A DNA stretch of 64,000 nt from a virus (lineage: Duplodnaviria; Caudoviricetes), in the IMG/VR virus record IMGVR_UViG_3300009692_000020, positions 445 through 64,444 of that record; one strand, written 5' to 3'. Made by a program: the position numbers and the translations under genes. The notes under the pieces were generated by a model. The model worked only from the letters and a program-made list of their open reading frames with translations, did not search any database and was not told the DNA's origin. This document shows, in pieces, positions 48,704 to 59,000 of this stretch (within the stretch, counting starts at the first letter, position 1; every line of letters starts with the position of its first letter).

Positions 48704-49141
48704 ATGAAAAGGGTCGATCTGTTGAAGTTGGCAAGTGGTCTTATGGCGGTCGGTAACGTGGAAGGTTCAATGAAGTGGACCTACGCAATAAGCAAGAATC
48801 GCAAGAAGATCAAAGACGAAATCGAGACGATACAGGATGTTCAGAAGAAGATTGAGGACGGTCGCATCGAACTTTGCAAGGAACTTGCAGAAAAAGATGA
48901 CAAGGGAAACCCTGTTATGCTTGAAATGAAGGACGAGAAAGATGCAGTAATCAATACTGAGTTCTCAATCAAAGACAGAACGAAACTGGTGGAGTATCTG
49001 AACAAGAAGAACGAGGAATTCAAAAAGTTCCTTGATGAAGAAATCAAAGTCGAACTCCACAAGATGAAGTTGAGCGAGATACCGGACAAGGGAATGACAC
49101 CAAATATGCTTGAAGGCATAGAAGCAATAATCGAGGAATAA
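48704..49141 (+). CDS. Charged hypothetical protein (fibre chaperone-like)
   Basis: KWTYAISKNRKKI...RIELCKELAEKDDKGNP. Confidence 0.55.
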   Translation: MKRVDLLKLASGLMAVGNVEGSMKWTYAISKNRKKIKDEIETIQDVQKKIEDGRIELCKELAEKDDKGNPVMLEMKDEKDAVINTEFSIKDRTKLVEYLNKKNEEFKKFLDEEIKVELHKMKLSEIPDKGMTPNMLEGIEAIIEE

Positions 49142-49647
49142 TGAAAAGAGAACCTCTAATCAAGATTGTAGATGGCGTTCATGTGAAACATGTTCACTTT
49201 GCCGACGGTAAACGTGTTCATATTTCTAATGATCACACGGAGGGTTACTGGTTAATCTTCCGGAAGACCATCTACAATCTTGAAAAAGAGTTCAAATTCG
49301 TAATCGAGTTCAGTAACGGTAAGAAGATTGAAGTAACAATTAAGGAAGGTTTCAAGTTTGATTTGGCAAGCACACCTAAAGCCATTTGGTGGCTATATCC
49401 TCCGATGGATGACAGGTACGCTGCTCCTGCAACTGGACACGATGGTCTATATGGTGCAGAGATATTTGATCGCGCAATCAACGATGAGGTTTTATATATT
49501 GGTATGAAGGAATGTAAAGCGACTAAGTTTGATATATTCTCTTTTAAAGAAGCCGTTGGAACGTGGGGGTGGACGGCTTATTTAAAACACAATAAATCAA
49601 ATATTGAAAAGAATCGAACTTTTGTAGCAGTAAAGGAACTCCCATGA
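49141..49647 (+). CDS. DUF1353-like protein
   Basis: IKEGFKFDLASTP..IWW......YAAPATGHDGLY. Confidence 0.75.
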   Translation: MKREPLIKIVDGVHVKHVHFADGKRVHISNDHTEGYWLIFRKTIYNLEKEFKFVIEFSNGKKIEVTIKEGFKFDLASTPKAIWWLYPPMDDRYAAPATGHDGLYGAEIFDRAINDEVLYIGMKECKATKFDIFSFKEAVGTWGWTAYLKHNKSNIEKNRTFVAVKELP

Positions 49648-50042
49648 CAGATACTCAGACTATACATAAGATAGTAGATGAGTCAGTTGAAAAGGCATTT
49701 AAGGCACGTGAACAACAGTGCAAATTACATGCTGACAGATTGAATTCATTTGAGAACAATCAGAAAGACATGGTCAAGGAAATGCAGGAAACTAACAAGT
49801 TACTTGCGGTTGTAAATGACAACATCCAAGATATAAAAAAGAATAGAGATCAGCTTTTTGACAAATCAAATACTAATTCTAGATTGATAGCTGAGCATAC
49901 TATCAAAATAGACAATCAAGATAAGAAAATTGAAGGCGTTGAGGTTGAGATTAAGGAATCAAAAACTTTAAAATGGACGGCAGTAATTGCGATTACAACC
50001 GTAATAATAGAATTCTTAATTAACAGATTTGGAGGTAAATGA
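49644..50042 (+). CDS. Coiled-coil protein with C-terminal TM segment (holin- or haemolysin-like, tentative)
   Basis: C-terminal WTAVIAITTVIIEFLI. Confidence 0.45.
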   Translation: MTDTQTIHKIVDESVEKAFKAREQQCKLHADRLNSFENNQKDMVKEMQETNKLLAVVNDNIQDIKKNRDQLFDKSNTNSRLIAEHTIKIDNQDKKIEGVEVEIKESKTLKWTAVIAITTVIIEFLINRFGGK

Positions 50043-50452
50043 TGAATGGAAAAATGGGAATTATTTTGGTTCTGTGTCTTAGCGCTATCATTACTCTTAG
50101 CGGTTGCAGCTCTATGTCTGTAACGACATTTGACAAAGATGGAAAGCCTGTTGTTATTCAGAATTTCAAGGGCGATGCCATAGGAATGATTAGCATGAAT
50201 TTAAAAGAAAAACTTGTTTTGGTTACTACTGATGGCACATTCGTGGAATTGGTGGCTGAACCGCCCACGCAAGAGAACCCTACTGGTTCAATCAAAGCAA
50301 TTTTTGCTACTGGCAAGAAAGTATATTTGACTATACCCGAAGGATTTAACTGGGACAAGGCTAAGGAAGGTCTAGAGGCTCTTGCTAAGGTGATTGAAGC
50401 AACAAGTAGTAAGCCGGTTAGTGTAACACCTGCCGGTGTAGTAACTAAATAA
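50039..50452 (+). CDS. Lipoprotein
   Basis: Signal peptide with lipobox LSGC. Confidence 0.65.
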   Translation: MMNGKMGIILVLCLSAIITLSGCSSMSVTTFDKDGKPVVIQNFKGDAIGMISMNLKEKLVLVTTDGTFVELVAEPPTQENPTGSIKAIFATGKKVYLTIPEGFNWDKAKEGLEALAKVIEATSSKPVSVTPAGVVTK

Positions 50453-50463
50453 GGAGAACTGCA

Positions 50464-50505
50464 ATGGCTTGCAAATCAAAAGGGCGTGGCAAACGCAAAA
50501 GGTAA
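50464..50505 (+). CDS. 13 aa basic peptide
   Basis: MACKSKGRGKRKR with AAGGAG SD. Confidence 0.4.
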   Translation: MACKSKGRGKRKR

Positions 50506-50508
50506 CAA

Positions 50509-50679
50509 ATGGCTAAAGCAAGACTAGGATCGGGAGGTAGGTTCAAAGCGCTAACGCGCAAACTATCTCGTAAAGGAGTTAAGAATCCAAAAGCACTTGC
50601 AGCTTGGATTGGCAGAAAGAAATACGGAGCAAAACGTATGGCTAAATGGGCTGCAGCAGGACGTAGGAGGCATAGATAA
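50509..50679 (+). CDS. 56 aa highly basic protein
   Basis: MAKARLGSGGRFKALTRKLSRKGVKNPKALAAWIGRKKYG...; below the ORF-track cutoff. Confidence 0.7.
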   Translation: MAKARLGSGGRFKALTRKLSRKGVKNPKALAAWIGRKKYGAKRMAKWAAAGRRRHR

Positions 50680-50681
50680 TC

Positions 50682-51128
50682 ATGACGCCTTATATAACAG
50701 TTGTAGATGCTCAAGCATACTTCTCAGAACGATTGCACACAGATGCTTGGGATGATGCATCTGACACCGATAAGTTGAAAGCACTTATCATGGCTACACG
50801 CGCCATCGATAAACTCAACTTCATTGGTGATAAGGCAGATCCGGATCAAGAATTGCAGTTTCCGCGTGGAGATGACGAGAATGTACCAACGGCGATTAAG
50901 GAAGCAACGTGCGAATTGGCGTTGCGACTATTAGACGACGTTGATGCAGATATGGAAATCGAAAATACGCGCATTAATAGTAATGGCATATCTTCGATTC
51001 AAAACACCTATGATGCTCGCGTAGTTCAAGACTATGTGTTAGCAGGAATTCCTAGCCCTACGGCTTGGCATCTGCTTGCACCGTACCTTCGTGATAGTCG
51101 CGAACTGAACATCACTAGGGCAACGTAA
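50682..51128 (+). CDS. Head-tail adaptor-like protein
   Basis: YITVVDAQAYF...AWD...KALIMATRAID...QELQFPR...IKEATCELAL. Confidence 0.75.
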   Translation: MTPYITVVDAQAYFSERLHTDAWDDASDTDKLKALIMATRAIDKLNFIGDKADPDQELQFPRGDDENVPTAIKEATCELALRLLDDVDADMEIENTRINSNGISSIQNTYDARVVQDYVLAGIPSPTAWHLLAPYLRDSRELNITRAT

Positions 51129-51156
51129 TAGACGAAGGGTGCGTAGAAGGAGTATT

Positions 51157-51954
51157 ATGAAGACGAGATTGTGGAATCGGGTTTTCAAACCAGTGTACGA
51201 CGATCCTAATGCCGATGCAGCAGCAAAAGCAGCAGCTGACAAAGCAGCAGCCGATGCAGCCGAGAAAGCAAAAGGTAAGACGTTTACACAGGAAGAACTC
51301 AATGCCATCGTAGCAAGAGAAAGAGCAGCTGACAAAGATGCGAAAGCAAAATTGATTCAGCAGCTTGAAGAAGCCAAGACGAAAGTAACGATGACCGCTT
51401 CTGAGAAGGAAGAGTACGAGAAGCAGTTGGAAGAACTTCGCAAGGCAACGATGTCCAAAGAGGAAATTGCCAATAGAGAGCGCAAGAAGCTCGAAGAGAA
51501 ATTGACTAAGGAACGTGATGACGCCCTTAGCCTTTCTAAGACTTGGCAGAAGCGTTTTGAAGATTCGACAATCATTAGAAATCTCATGGATGCAGCCATG
51601 ACTAATGAGGCATTTGCCCCGCAACAGGTTGTAGCTATACTATCTCCTAATGCGCGTGTTGTTGAAATGATGGACGAATCGGGAAAGCCATCCGGCAATT
51701 ACGATGTAGTCGTCAAATTCAATGACGTCGATTCCAAGAGTGGAAAGCCAATTCAGCTTGAACTTCCCTCTAACGAGGTAGTGAAGAGAATGAAGGAACT
51801 TTCCAATGTCTATGGAAATTTGTTTAAAAACGGTGTATCGGAAGGTATGGGAGGAAATAACGGAAAAGGCGGGAAGCCAGTTGATTTCTCCAAGATGACG
51901 CCGACCGAATACAAAGAACATAGAAAGAAAATGAAGGAGAAAGGCGAATTATGA
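51157..51954 (+). CDS. Capsid scaffolding protein
   Basis: KTFTQEELNAIV, coiled coil, C-terminus SKMTPTEYKEHRK; precedes the coat gene; SD before 51157. Confidence 0.8.
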   Translation: MKTRLWNRVFKPVYDDPNADAAAKAAADKAAADAAEKAKGKTFTQEELNAIVARERAADKDAKAKLIQQLEEAKTKVTMTASEKEEYEKQLEELRKATMSKEEIANRERKKLEEKLTKERDDALSLSKTWQKRFEDSTIIRNLMDAAMTNEAFAPQQVVAILSPNARVVEMMDESGKPSGNYDVVVKFNDVDSKSGKPIQLELPSNEVVKRMKELSNVYGNLFKNGVSEGMGGNNGKGGKPVDFSKMTPTEYKEHRKKMKEKGEL

Positions 51955-53348
51955 AAAAGTTTTTGAAGATTTTTCGTCCTGTTTATGACAACTCCGTCGA
52001 TGCTCTGATTCCCGAGAAGTGGGCACTCGAAGGTCTTGTTCTTCTGCAGGAAAATATGGTGCTCGGTAACCTTGTCAATCGTAACTACAAGAACGAAATC
52101 GCAGATTACGGACAGGTAGTGAATATTGACAAGCCCGCAGCTTTCACCGCGAAACGTAAGGGAACAAATGATGACGTTACTGTTCAGAACGCCAATGCGA
52201 CCACTCAGCCTGTCGCTCTGAATCAGCACCTTCACACCACGTTCCTTATCCGTGATTCTCAGATGACGATGGCTTTCAAGGACCTCGTTGCTTACTTCCT
52301 GCGCCCTGCGATTCAGAGTATCGCTTCCGGTGCAGACAAGGCTATTGCGGGATTTATCCCTCAGTTCATAGCAAACAACGCCGGTAACCTTGACGGACTC
52401 ACTGGTAACAATTCCGTTTCCAACATTCTTTCAATCAGAAAGAAGATGAACGACAACAAAGTTCCTCTTATGGGAAGGAATTTCCTTACCACGACCGCAA
52501 CGGAAGCCACGCTTCTCGGTCTCGAACTCTTTACTGCTGCTGACAAGGTTGGCGATCAAGGTACTGCTCTTCGTGAAGCATCTCTCGGGCGCAAGCTGGG
52601 ATTTGATTTCTTCATGGGACAGAACACACCTTACGTTCAGACTGGTCTGACGCAGAGAGTTCTCGGCGGTGAAATCAACAACGCAAGCGGTTACGCAATC
52701 GGTTCTACCACACTTGTGGTCGACGGTTTCAGTGCTGCAATACTTGCAGGTTCGTTCCTTACGATTGAAGGATCAATGTATCCTTACGTTGTATCGAGCA
52801 CTGTTGGTGGCGCAACACCGACTCAGATCGTGCTTGTTTCCGGACTTCGTGATGCAGTGGTCGACAATGCTGACATTGTCATCTACACACCTGTTCGCGT
52901 TGACCTTGGCGCAGGCTATGCAGACGGATATGTGAAGGAAATCCATATTGATGGATTCACATCTTCTCCGCAGATCGGACAGATACTTCGCTCGGCAGCC
53001 GGTGAGATATACACCATCATGGAAATATCTAACAACACTGGTACTGAAGCTGATGTTCTGCTCAACCGTCCTCTTGCAGGTGCGCTCGCTGATGACGCAA
53101 TCCTCGGAGTCGGACCTGGCGGTTCTTACAACTTCGCGTTCACACGTGATGCACTCGCTCTCGTGAATCGTCCTCTCGCTCTTCCTATGGGTAACCTCGC
53201 GGTTGCTTCCGTACAGGAAGATAACGGACTTTCACTGCGCGTTACCATCACTTATGATGGCGTGAAACAGGGACATCTTGTAACGGTCGACATGCTGATG
53301 GGTGTCGCGGTTCTCGATGCAGCACAGGGAGCAGTACTGCTTGCTTAA
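51951..53348 (+). CDS. Major capsid protein (P22 coat-like)
   Basis: LIPEKWA..GL..LQENMVLGNLVNRNY; GFDFFMGQN; NFAFTRDALALVNRPL; VTVDML.GV..LD. Confidence 0.85.
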   Translation: MKKFLKIFRPVYDNSVDALIPEKWALEGLVLLQENMVLGNLVNRNYKNEIADYGQVVNIDKPAAFTAKRKGTNDDVTVQNANATTQPVALNQHLHTTFLIRDSQMTMAFKDLVAYFLRPAIQSIASGADKAIAGFIPQFIANNAGNLDGLTGNNSVSNILSIRKKMNDNKVPLMGRNFLTTTATEATLLGLELFTAADKVGDQGTALREASLGRKLGFDFFMGQNTPYVQTGLTQRVLGGEINNASGYAIGSTTLVVDGFSAAILAGSFLTIEGSMYPYVVSSTVGGATPTQIVLVSGLRDAVVDNADIVIYTPVRVDLGAGYADGYVKEIHIDGFTSSPQIGQILRSAAGEIYTIMEISNNTGTEADVLLNRPLAGALADDAILGVGPGGSYNFAFTRDALALVNRPLALPMGNLAVASVQEDNGLSLRVTITYDGVKQGHLVTVDMLMGVAVLDAAQGAVLLA

Positions 53349-53350
53349 TC

Positions 53351-53833
53351 ATGATTACCTGTTATAACAAACACATGATTCGTAAATCATACTACGACCT
53401 GCGTAAAAACCACGCAGTAGTAGTAAATTGGCTTCATCTTGCCAGTGAGACAATCAATGTCGAAACTGGCAAGATGACCAACGTCTATGCCGACACAAAG
53501 GTCAAGAAGGCAGTTCTCCTACCAATCAAAATGGATAGGGTACTAAAGGTATTTAATGGTCAATTCGCCTATGGCGGATACTACGATACCAATACCCGAC
53601 TACTGATGGTTGAACAGAAGAACTTCCCTAAGGATTGGCGTGGCGAATTCGACGCAAATGATCGAGTAGTAATCAATGGAAAGCGGTATACTATCGCCAA
53701 CTGCGAGAACTATGAGAATACGACTCTGTGGCTTGTTACGATAGTAAACGTGAAAGGCACAGAAGCTGATAACGTGATTTCTCAATCTTTAACACAAAAC
53801 GCAGGACTTAATGATGTTGGAATCAATGCCTAA
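53351..53833 (+). CDS. Head closure-like protein
   Basis: Position after coat; DRVVINGKRYTI. Confidence 0.55.
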   Translation: MITCYNKHMIRKSYYDLRKNHAVVVNWLHLASETINVETGKMTNVYADTKVKKAVLLPIKMDRVLKVFNGQFAYGGYYDTNTRLLMVEQKNFPKDWRGEFDANDRVVINGKRYTIANCENYENTTLWLVTIVNVKGTEADNVISQSLTQNAGLNDVGINA

Positions 53834-54278
53834 ATGGATTTTGGCGTCCGTTGCCAAGCATTTCAGTGACCGTAAAGGTTCACTTGTGATGTATCTTGAA
53901 GGTCAGAAGCGCAATACGAATAAGTCGCAAGACTATTTTGAATTGCGAATGAATGGTCCGGATAGACGCGACATCGCTAAAAACTATTACGGCTATGATA
54001 TCGTCATTAACGTACTTGTTCAATCTTTGTATAATGACAAAGATGCATATCGTGAAATTAAGACTTGCGGTCTTGTGGCAAAGATGTTTGAATCGTCGAT
54101 TCGTATTTATAAATTCGGTGACGAAATTGGAGACGATCGTAATGTATTAGTGGGATGCATATCCTTGCAGGGAATTGTCGAGACCAACAGGTTTGGACGG
54201 CAAGCACCTTCAATAGATGTGAATACTTCCGAAGTACAAGGTCGCTATTCAATGGAACTCACAATTAACGAGGAGTGA
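53811..54278 (+). CDS. Tail terminator-like protein
   Basis: Position before the tail tube gene; YFELRMNGP. Confidence 0.5.
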   Translation: MMLESMPKWILASVAKHFSDRKGSLVMYLEGQKRNTNKSQDYFELRMNGPDRRDIAKNYYGYDIVINVLVQSLYNDKDAYREIKTCGLVAKMFESSIRIYKFGDEIGDDRNVLVGCISLQGIVETNRFGRQAPSIDVNTSEVQGRYSMELTINEE

Positions 54279-54781
54279 TTGAAATGAAAGTTGATATTAA
54301 AAAATCAACGATTGCCTTCAAGGATGGTACTACTCCGACACCTAACGTTCTTCTTGTGAAGATCGGTGACGGAAATATCACCTTCAAGGAATCAAAACCG
54401 AGGACCTACGAACTGGACAAGGGACTCCTTGACACAGTTCGCGATGGTGATCAGGTTCCAGTTGATGTAACTCTTGATTTCCTGTGGGAGTGGCTGAAAG
54501 CCGACACAGGGCTTCCTCCGACACCGGTGGATGTTCTCAAGAAACGTGGTAATGCTTCGGCATGGGTAACGGCTTCTTCCGATCCTTGCGAACCCTATTC
54601 GCTTGATTTGGAAATCGTTATCGATCCGGATTGCGCTGACGGCTCAAAGAAAGAAGTTATTCTTCTTTCTGACTTCCGTTATGAGGAACTGAACTATGAC
54701 CTTAAAGCAGGTCAGATTTCAGTTACCGGCAAGTGCAACATCACGGAAGCGACGATAACTCGCGTCACATCAACAACGTAA
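54275..54781 (+). CDS. Major tail (tube) protein
   Basis: Position; followed by a terminator, chaperone and tape measure. Confidence 0.65.
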   Translation: MIEMKVDIKKSTIAFKDGTTPTPNVLLVKIGDGNITFKESKPRTYELDKGLLDTVRDGDQVPVDVTLDFLWEWLKADTGLPPTPVDVLKKRGNASAWVTASSDPCEPYSLDLEIVIDPDCADGSKKEVILLSDFRYEELNYDLKAGQISVTGKCNITEATITRVTSTT

Positions 54782-54792
54782 CAATGCAACAA

Positions 54793-54828
54793 GTGGCGGA
54801 GTGATTGCAAAATCATTCCGCCACCTTT
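54793..54828 (+). terminator. Hairpin after the tail tube gene
   Basis: gtggcggagtgatt-GCAA-aatcattccgccac. Confidence 0.7.
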
Positions 54829-54857
54829 CCTAACAATAAATTGCGGAGGGTATCGAG

Positions 54858-55489
54858 ATGAAAGTTAATGGTAAGAAGATTGATGGTCCGAGCGAAGTAG
54901 TGATTCCTGTCATACGCGCAAGCGGTGATATCTATTTCAAAGCTAAAGCAGTTCTTAATTTTGAAACTTTTAACGCACTGTGTCCTGTACCTAAGCCACC
55001 TATGATGCAGAAACCCGGCGAAGATGCAGTAGCAGTTCTCAATGATGAAAAGTATCTTACGAAACTTGGAGATTTCACCCGTAAGAGAACGGCTTACATG
55101 ATTATCCAATCACTGTCAGCCACTGAGAACCTAGAATGGGAAACAGTTAAGATTGACGATTCATCGACTTGGCTCAACTACGAAACCGAATTGAAGAACG
55201 CAGGGCTGAGCGATATCGAAATAGGACGTTTAATCAATGGTGTACTTGAAGCCAACGGATTGGACGATCAGAAAGTTGAAGAGGCTAAGAAACGTTTTTT
55301 AGCTACGCAACAGGTAAAGGTCTAAGTCCTCTTTACCCAAGTGGTCGAACTGGTGAATATGTTATTTGGCGCATCTGTGAAAGATGGCATATTCAACCCA
55401 AGGACTTCTATGAATTGGATTGTTGGTCTCAAGCAAAATACATTGCTTACGAGAACATAAGGGAATACGAAGAATCATGCCATCTGTAA
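54858..55489 (+). CDS. Tail assembly chaperone pair: G 54858..55325 and GT via -1 frameshift to 55489
   Basis: In-frame slippery T TTT TTA at 55295-55301; the -1 frame is open for about 60 codons (...WRICERWHIQPKDF...) to TAA 55487-55489. Confidence 0.8.
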
Positions 55490-56058
55490 AGTTCAAAGTT
55501 AGATTTAAGACAATTTCCTTCGATAAGGAAAAATTCACATCTGACTATATGAATGGCTTGAAGGAATTAACAAAGAAAGCAGCTAGGGCGTTTGCTCTAG
55601 CTGCTTCTAACCGAGTTCATGTTGATACTGGAATGGCTAGGTCAACTTTCCTAGGAAAAGTCGAGACTTTCGAAGGTGGAGTTTCTGATGCAAACGAATA
55701 TTTAGGATTAAAAGATTCTCCTGCTTCAATCAATGTCAGTGGTGCTATTCAGAGAACTAGAAAAGATGCTGATAAGGCTAAGTATTGGAGGAAAGGTTCA
55801 ATGTTTCCAGGAATTAGGGGAACATACATTAGGACTCCCGAAGCCGGTGCAGAGAGAGGATTGTTTATGTTTCAGATTATTGGATCAAAAATAAGTTTTC
55901 TATTTTTCCCCTCTGTAAGACATTATCTGTATTGGGAAAATAAGTGGCGCAGTATGGATATAGGGCGTAAAGCGTTCAGTGCTTATATCCAAGCTAATAA
56001 GAAAAAGTATATTCCTAAACTAAACAAATATTATAAGATGTCATACAGGAGTGCGTAA
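55477..56058 (+). CDS. Tail completion / neck-like protein
   Basis: 3' part of track ORF 55420..56058; VHVDTGMARSTF. Confidence 0.55.
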   Translation: MPSVKFKVRFKTISFDKEKFTSDYMNGLKELTKKAARAFALAASNRVHVDTGMARSTFLGKVETFEGGVSDANEYLGLKDSPASINVSGAIQRTRKDADKAKYWRKGSMFPGIRGTYIRTPEAGAERGLFMFQIIGSKISFLFFPSVRHYLYWENKWRSMDIGRKAFSAYIQANKKKYIPKLNKYYKMSYRSA

Positions 56059-59000
56059 ATGAATATCTTTAAGCCAGTATATGATGATACAATCGGAGCA
56101 ATAGACTTCGAGGATGGTGGATTCTCTGCTAAAATAGCAAAGGTTACACTTGAACTTGATGCGTTTGGTAATGCTACTGCTAAAGTAGGCGAGAAAGTTA
56201 AGTATGCAGCAGATGATTTTGAGAAGTTATTTAATATAAAAGCAGAAGTATTTGAACGCACACTGGCTAACGGCGAAAAGATTCTAGATACCCGATTCCG
56301 CGGAATAGGTGGTAAGTTTGTAAGTCTTAATAAGGTTGTAGATAGAGAAGTAGCAAAACTAAATGCTAGTATTGACGCACTTGCCAAAGGTGGTGCAGGA
56401 ATATCATCACCCGGACCTGCGGTTAGACCTAAGGGAACTGAAACTGCTACTCCATATGATAAATTATTCACATTGAATGAGCAAGAGATGATTAACGCTG
56501 AAAAGATTGCCGCGTTAAATAGATTTGAAAACGCTAAGCGATTGCACAATCAGTTACTTTCAGAAGAAGAATCATTTCAGAGTCGTAATTTAGCTATACT
56601 TAATTCCTTCTTAGCTATAAAGGCAGAGAAACAGAAAGCAGCAGAAGCAGCAGAAATAGCTCGTCAAGCTAAATTTGCTCAGATGCAACTTGATTACCAA
56701 GCCAAGTTATCTGCTGATATGGCTGCTAGAAATGTAACTATGGGTACTGTACCTGTAATGGGTAAGCCAACACCTACTAAGTACAATTTAGTATCAACGG
56801 GTGCAGGTCAGTGGGCGGGTGAAGCAGTTGCGGTCGGTGGCTTAAACAAACAGTATATGGAGATGAAGGTCGCTACTGATACTGTTGGTAGGGGTTTTAC
56901 TGCTAAGAACGCAAAACTGTCGGCACAAACTATTGCCACTAACAGAGAACGTGATGCGATTAAGGGCGCACAGATGGCTATGGTTGATTCAGCAACCACT
57001 TTGAAACGAGTAGATGCAGGACTTGCTACACATACAGAGGGCGTTGCTAGAGCGCGAGCACAGTGGGCATATTGGGGACGTTTCTTACTTACGCAATCAA
57101 TTCATAAAGCAGTGTATGATATAATCAATGCCACCCGAACAGGACTCAAAGAGATGGCTACACTGCAAGTTAAGATTTCAGAAATACGTACTATTGGACA
57201 AGAAGCACCACTGCCTTTTGGAACTTGGGAAGCTGAGATAAGAAGATTATCTGATGTGTATGGCATGAGCATGACAGATGTTGCCGAAGGTATTTATCAG
57301 ACTATTTCAAACCAAGTAGCTTTCGGGGCTAATGCCACTAGATTTATGGCAGACAGTATGGTCTTCGCACGTACTACTGTTTCATCAACTGCCGATGCCG
57401 TTAATCTTTTATCTTCTTCACTTAATGCTTTTGGTAAGACATCAGATCAAACTAATGATTCGGCTGCATCACTATTCAAGACTATTGAAATTGGTCGATT
57501 GAGAGCAAGTGATATTGCTAACAGTTATGGTAACGTAGCCGTAACTGCTGCAGAACTCGGAGTGAAAGAGGACGAGTTAGGTGCTATGATGGCAATCATG
57601 ACCTTGCAAGGTAAGAAGGTCGATGTTGCTATGACACAGATTAGAAATATCATGATGAAGATGCTGAAACCAACTGAGGAACTCGGTAAGTATTTCAAGC
57701 AACTTGGTTATGATTCGGGCGAAGCTGCAATATCCGCTATGGGATTGCCCAATCTTATTAGACAGATAAATGAAGAAGCATCTAAAGCCGGTAAAGGTAC
57801 TCCTTGGCTTGCTAGATTGTTTGGAGATATACGTCCCATACAAGGTATCATATCTCTTACTGGCGATCAGATGGCAAAGTTCGATAGTATACTTGAACAG
57901 TATAACACTAAGCAATCACAGTATTTTAAAGCTACTCACATCTCTATTGAATCAACTGGTAAGTTACTTCAAATGGAGATGAACAAAGTTCATAATTACT
58001 TTGTTCAGACTTTAGGTGAAGGCGCATTGAATATTATTAAGGGATTCATCAGTGATGTAGATGATGGATTAAAAGGACTCGAGATTTCTAAGACATTAGG
58101 CATTAAGCCTGTTAATGATTTCGTTGGTGCTATTGAAGCAGCCGGACGAGTCTTAGAGTTCCTTTCTGCATTGTATATTGGTTGGCGAGTTAGAGTCAAT
58201 ATTGTAAATTATGAATTGGCTCAACAGACTCTTGCATTGGAAGCTAATACTATTGCCAAGACTAAAAATGCAGTAGCTACCGAAGCTAATACCGCAGCTA
58301 TGGCTAAGTTCAATCCTTTGATTGGTGGTGCTATATTTGTTGGCGCGACCGCATTAGTGTACGCTTACATGGAAGCATGGAAATGGGTTATAAAGGTGAA
58401 TGCAGAGTATGAAGGATTGCTTTCACTGGATAAGGTATATGAAAAACAGTTAGCTGAACGACACGCTAAAACTATTGCACAGATAGAAGAACGTGTTAAT
58501 GCTTTTAAGAAAGAAGCAGAAGCATCAAGACAAGTGATGGAACAAGGCGTTGCCGTTAAGATAGCCGGATTGAATAGTGAAGTTGATGCACTTAATGCGA
58601 CTATATCTAATAATGTTAAATTGATAACGGACTATGTTAGTGGTTCAATCAACTCCATAGCTAAGTTAATTAATTTCCTTGATTCAAGAATCACTGAAAC
58701 AAGTAACACTATTAAGAGTCTTACTGCTAGTATAGCCGGTATGCAATCCGGTTCTTCGACATTATCCTATTACACTGGCTTGGTGGATAAGATAGGTGTA
58801 ACAAATGATGCCCAAATCAAACTCAATAGGACATATCAACGTTATCTTGATTTAGTCAAAGCCGGTGCAAAGTTTGCTAACACCCAAGACTTGCGTGTAC
58901 TTGGACAGGGTGACTTATTCAAGCGTAAGACTACTACTGCTACTGGTTCGGCAGTTAAAGGTGTTGATGTAAATGGTGATGCTTTCACTAAGCAGAAGAA

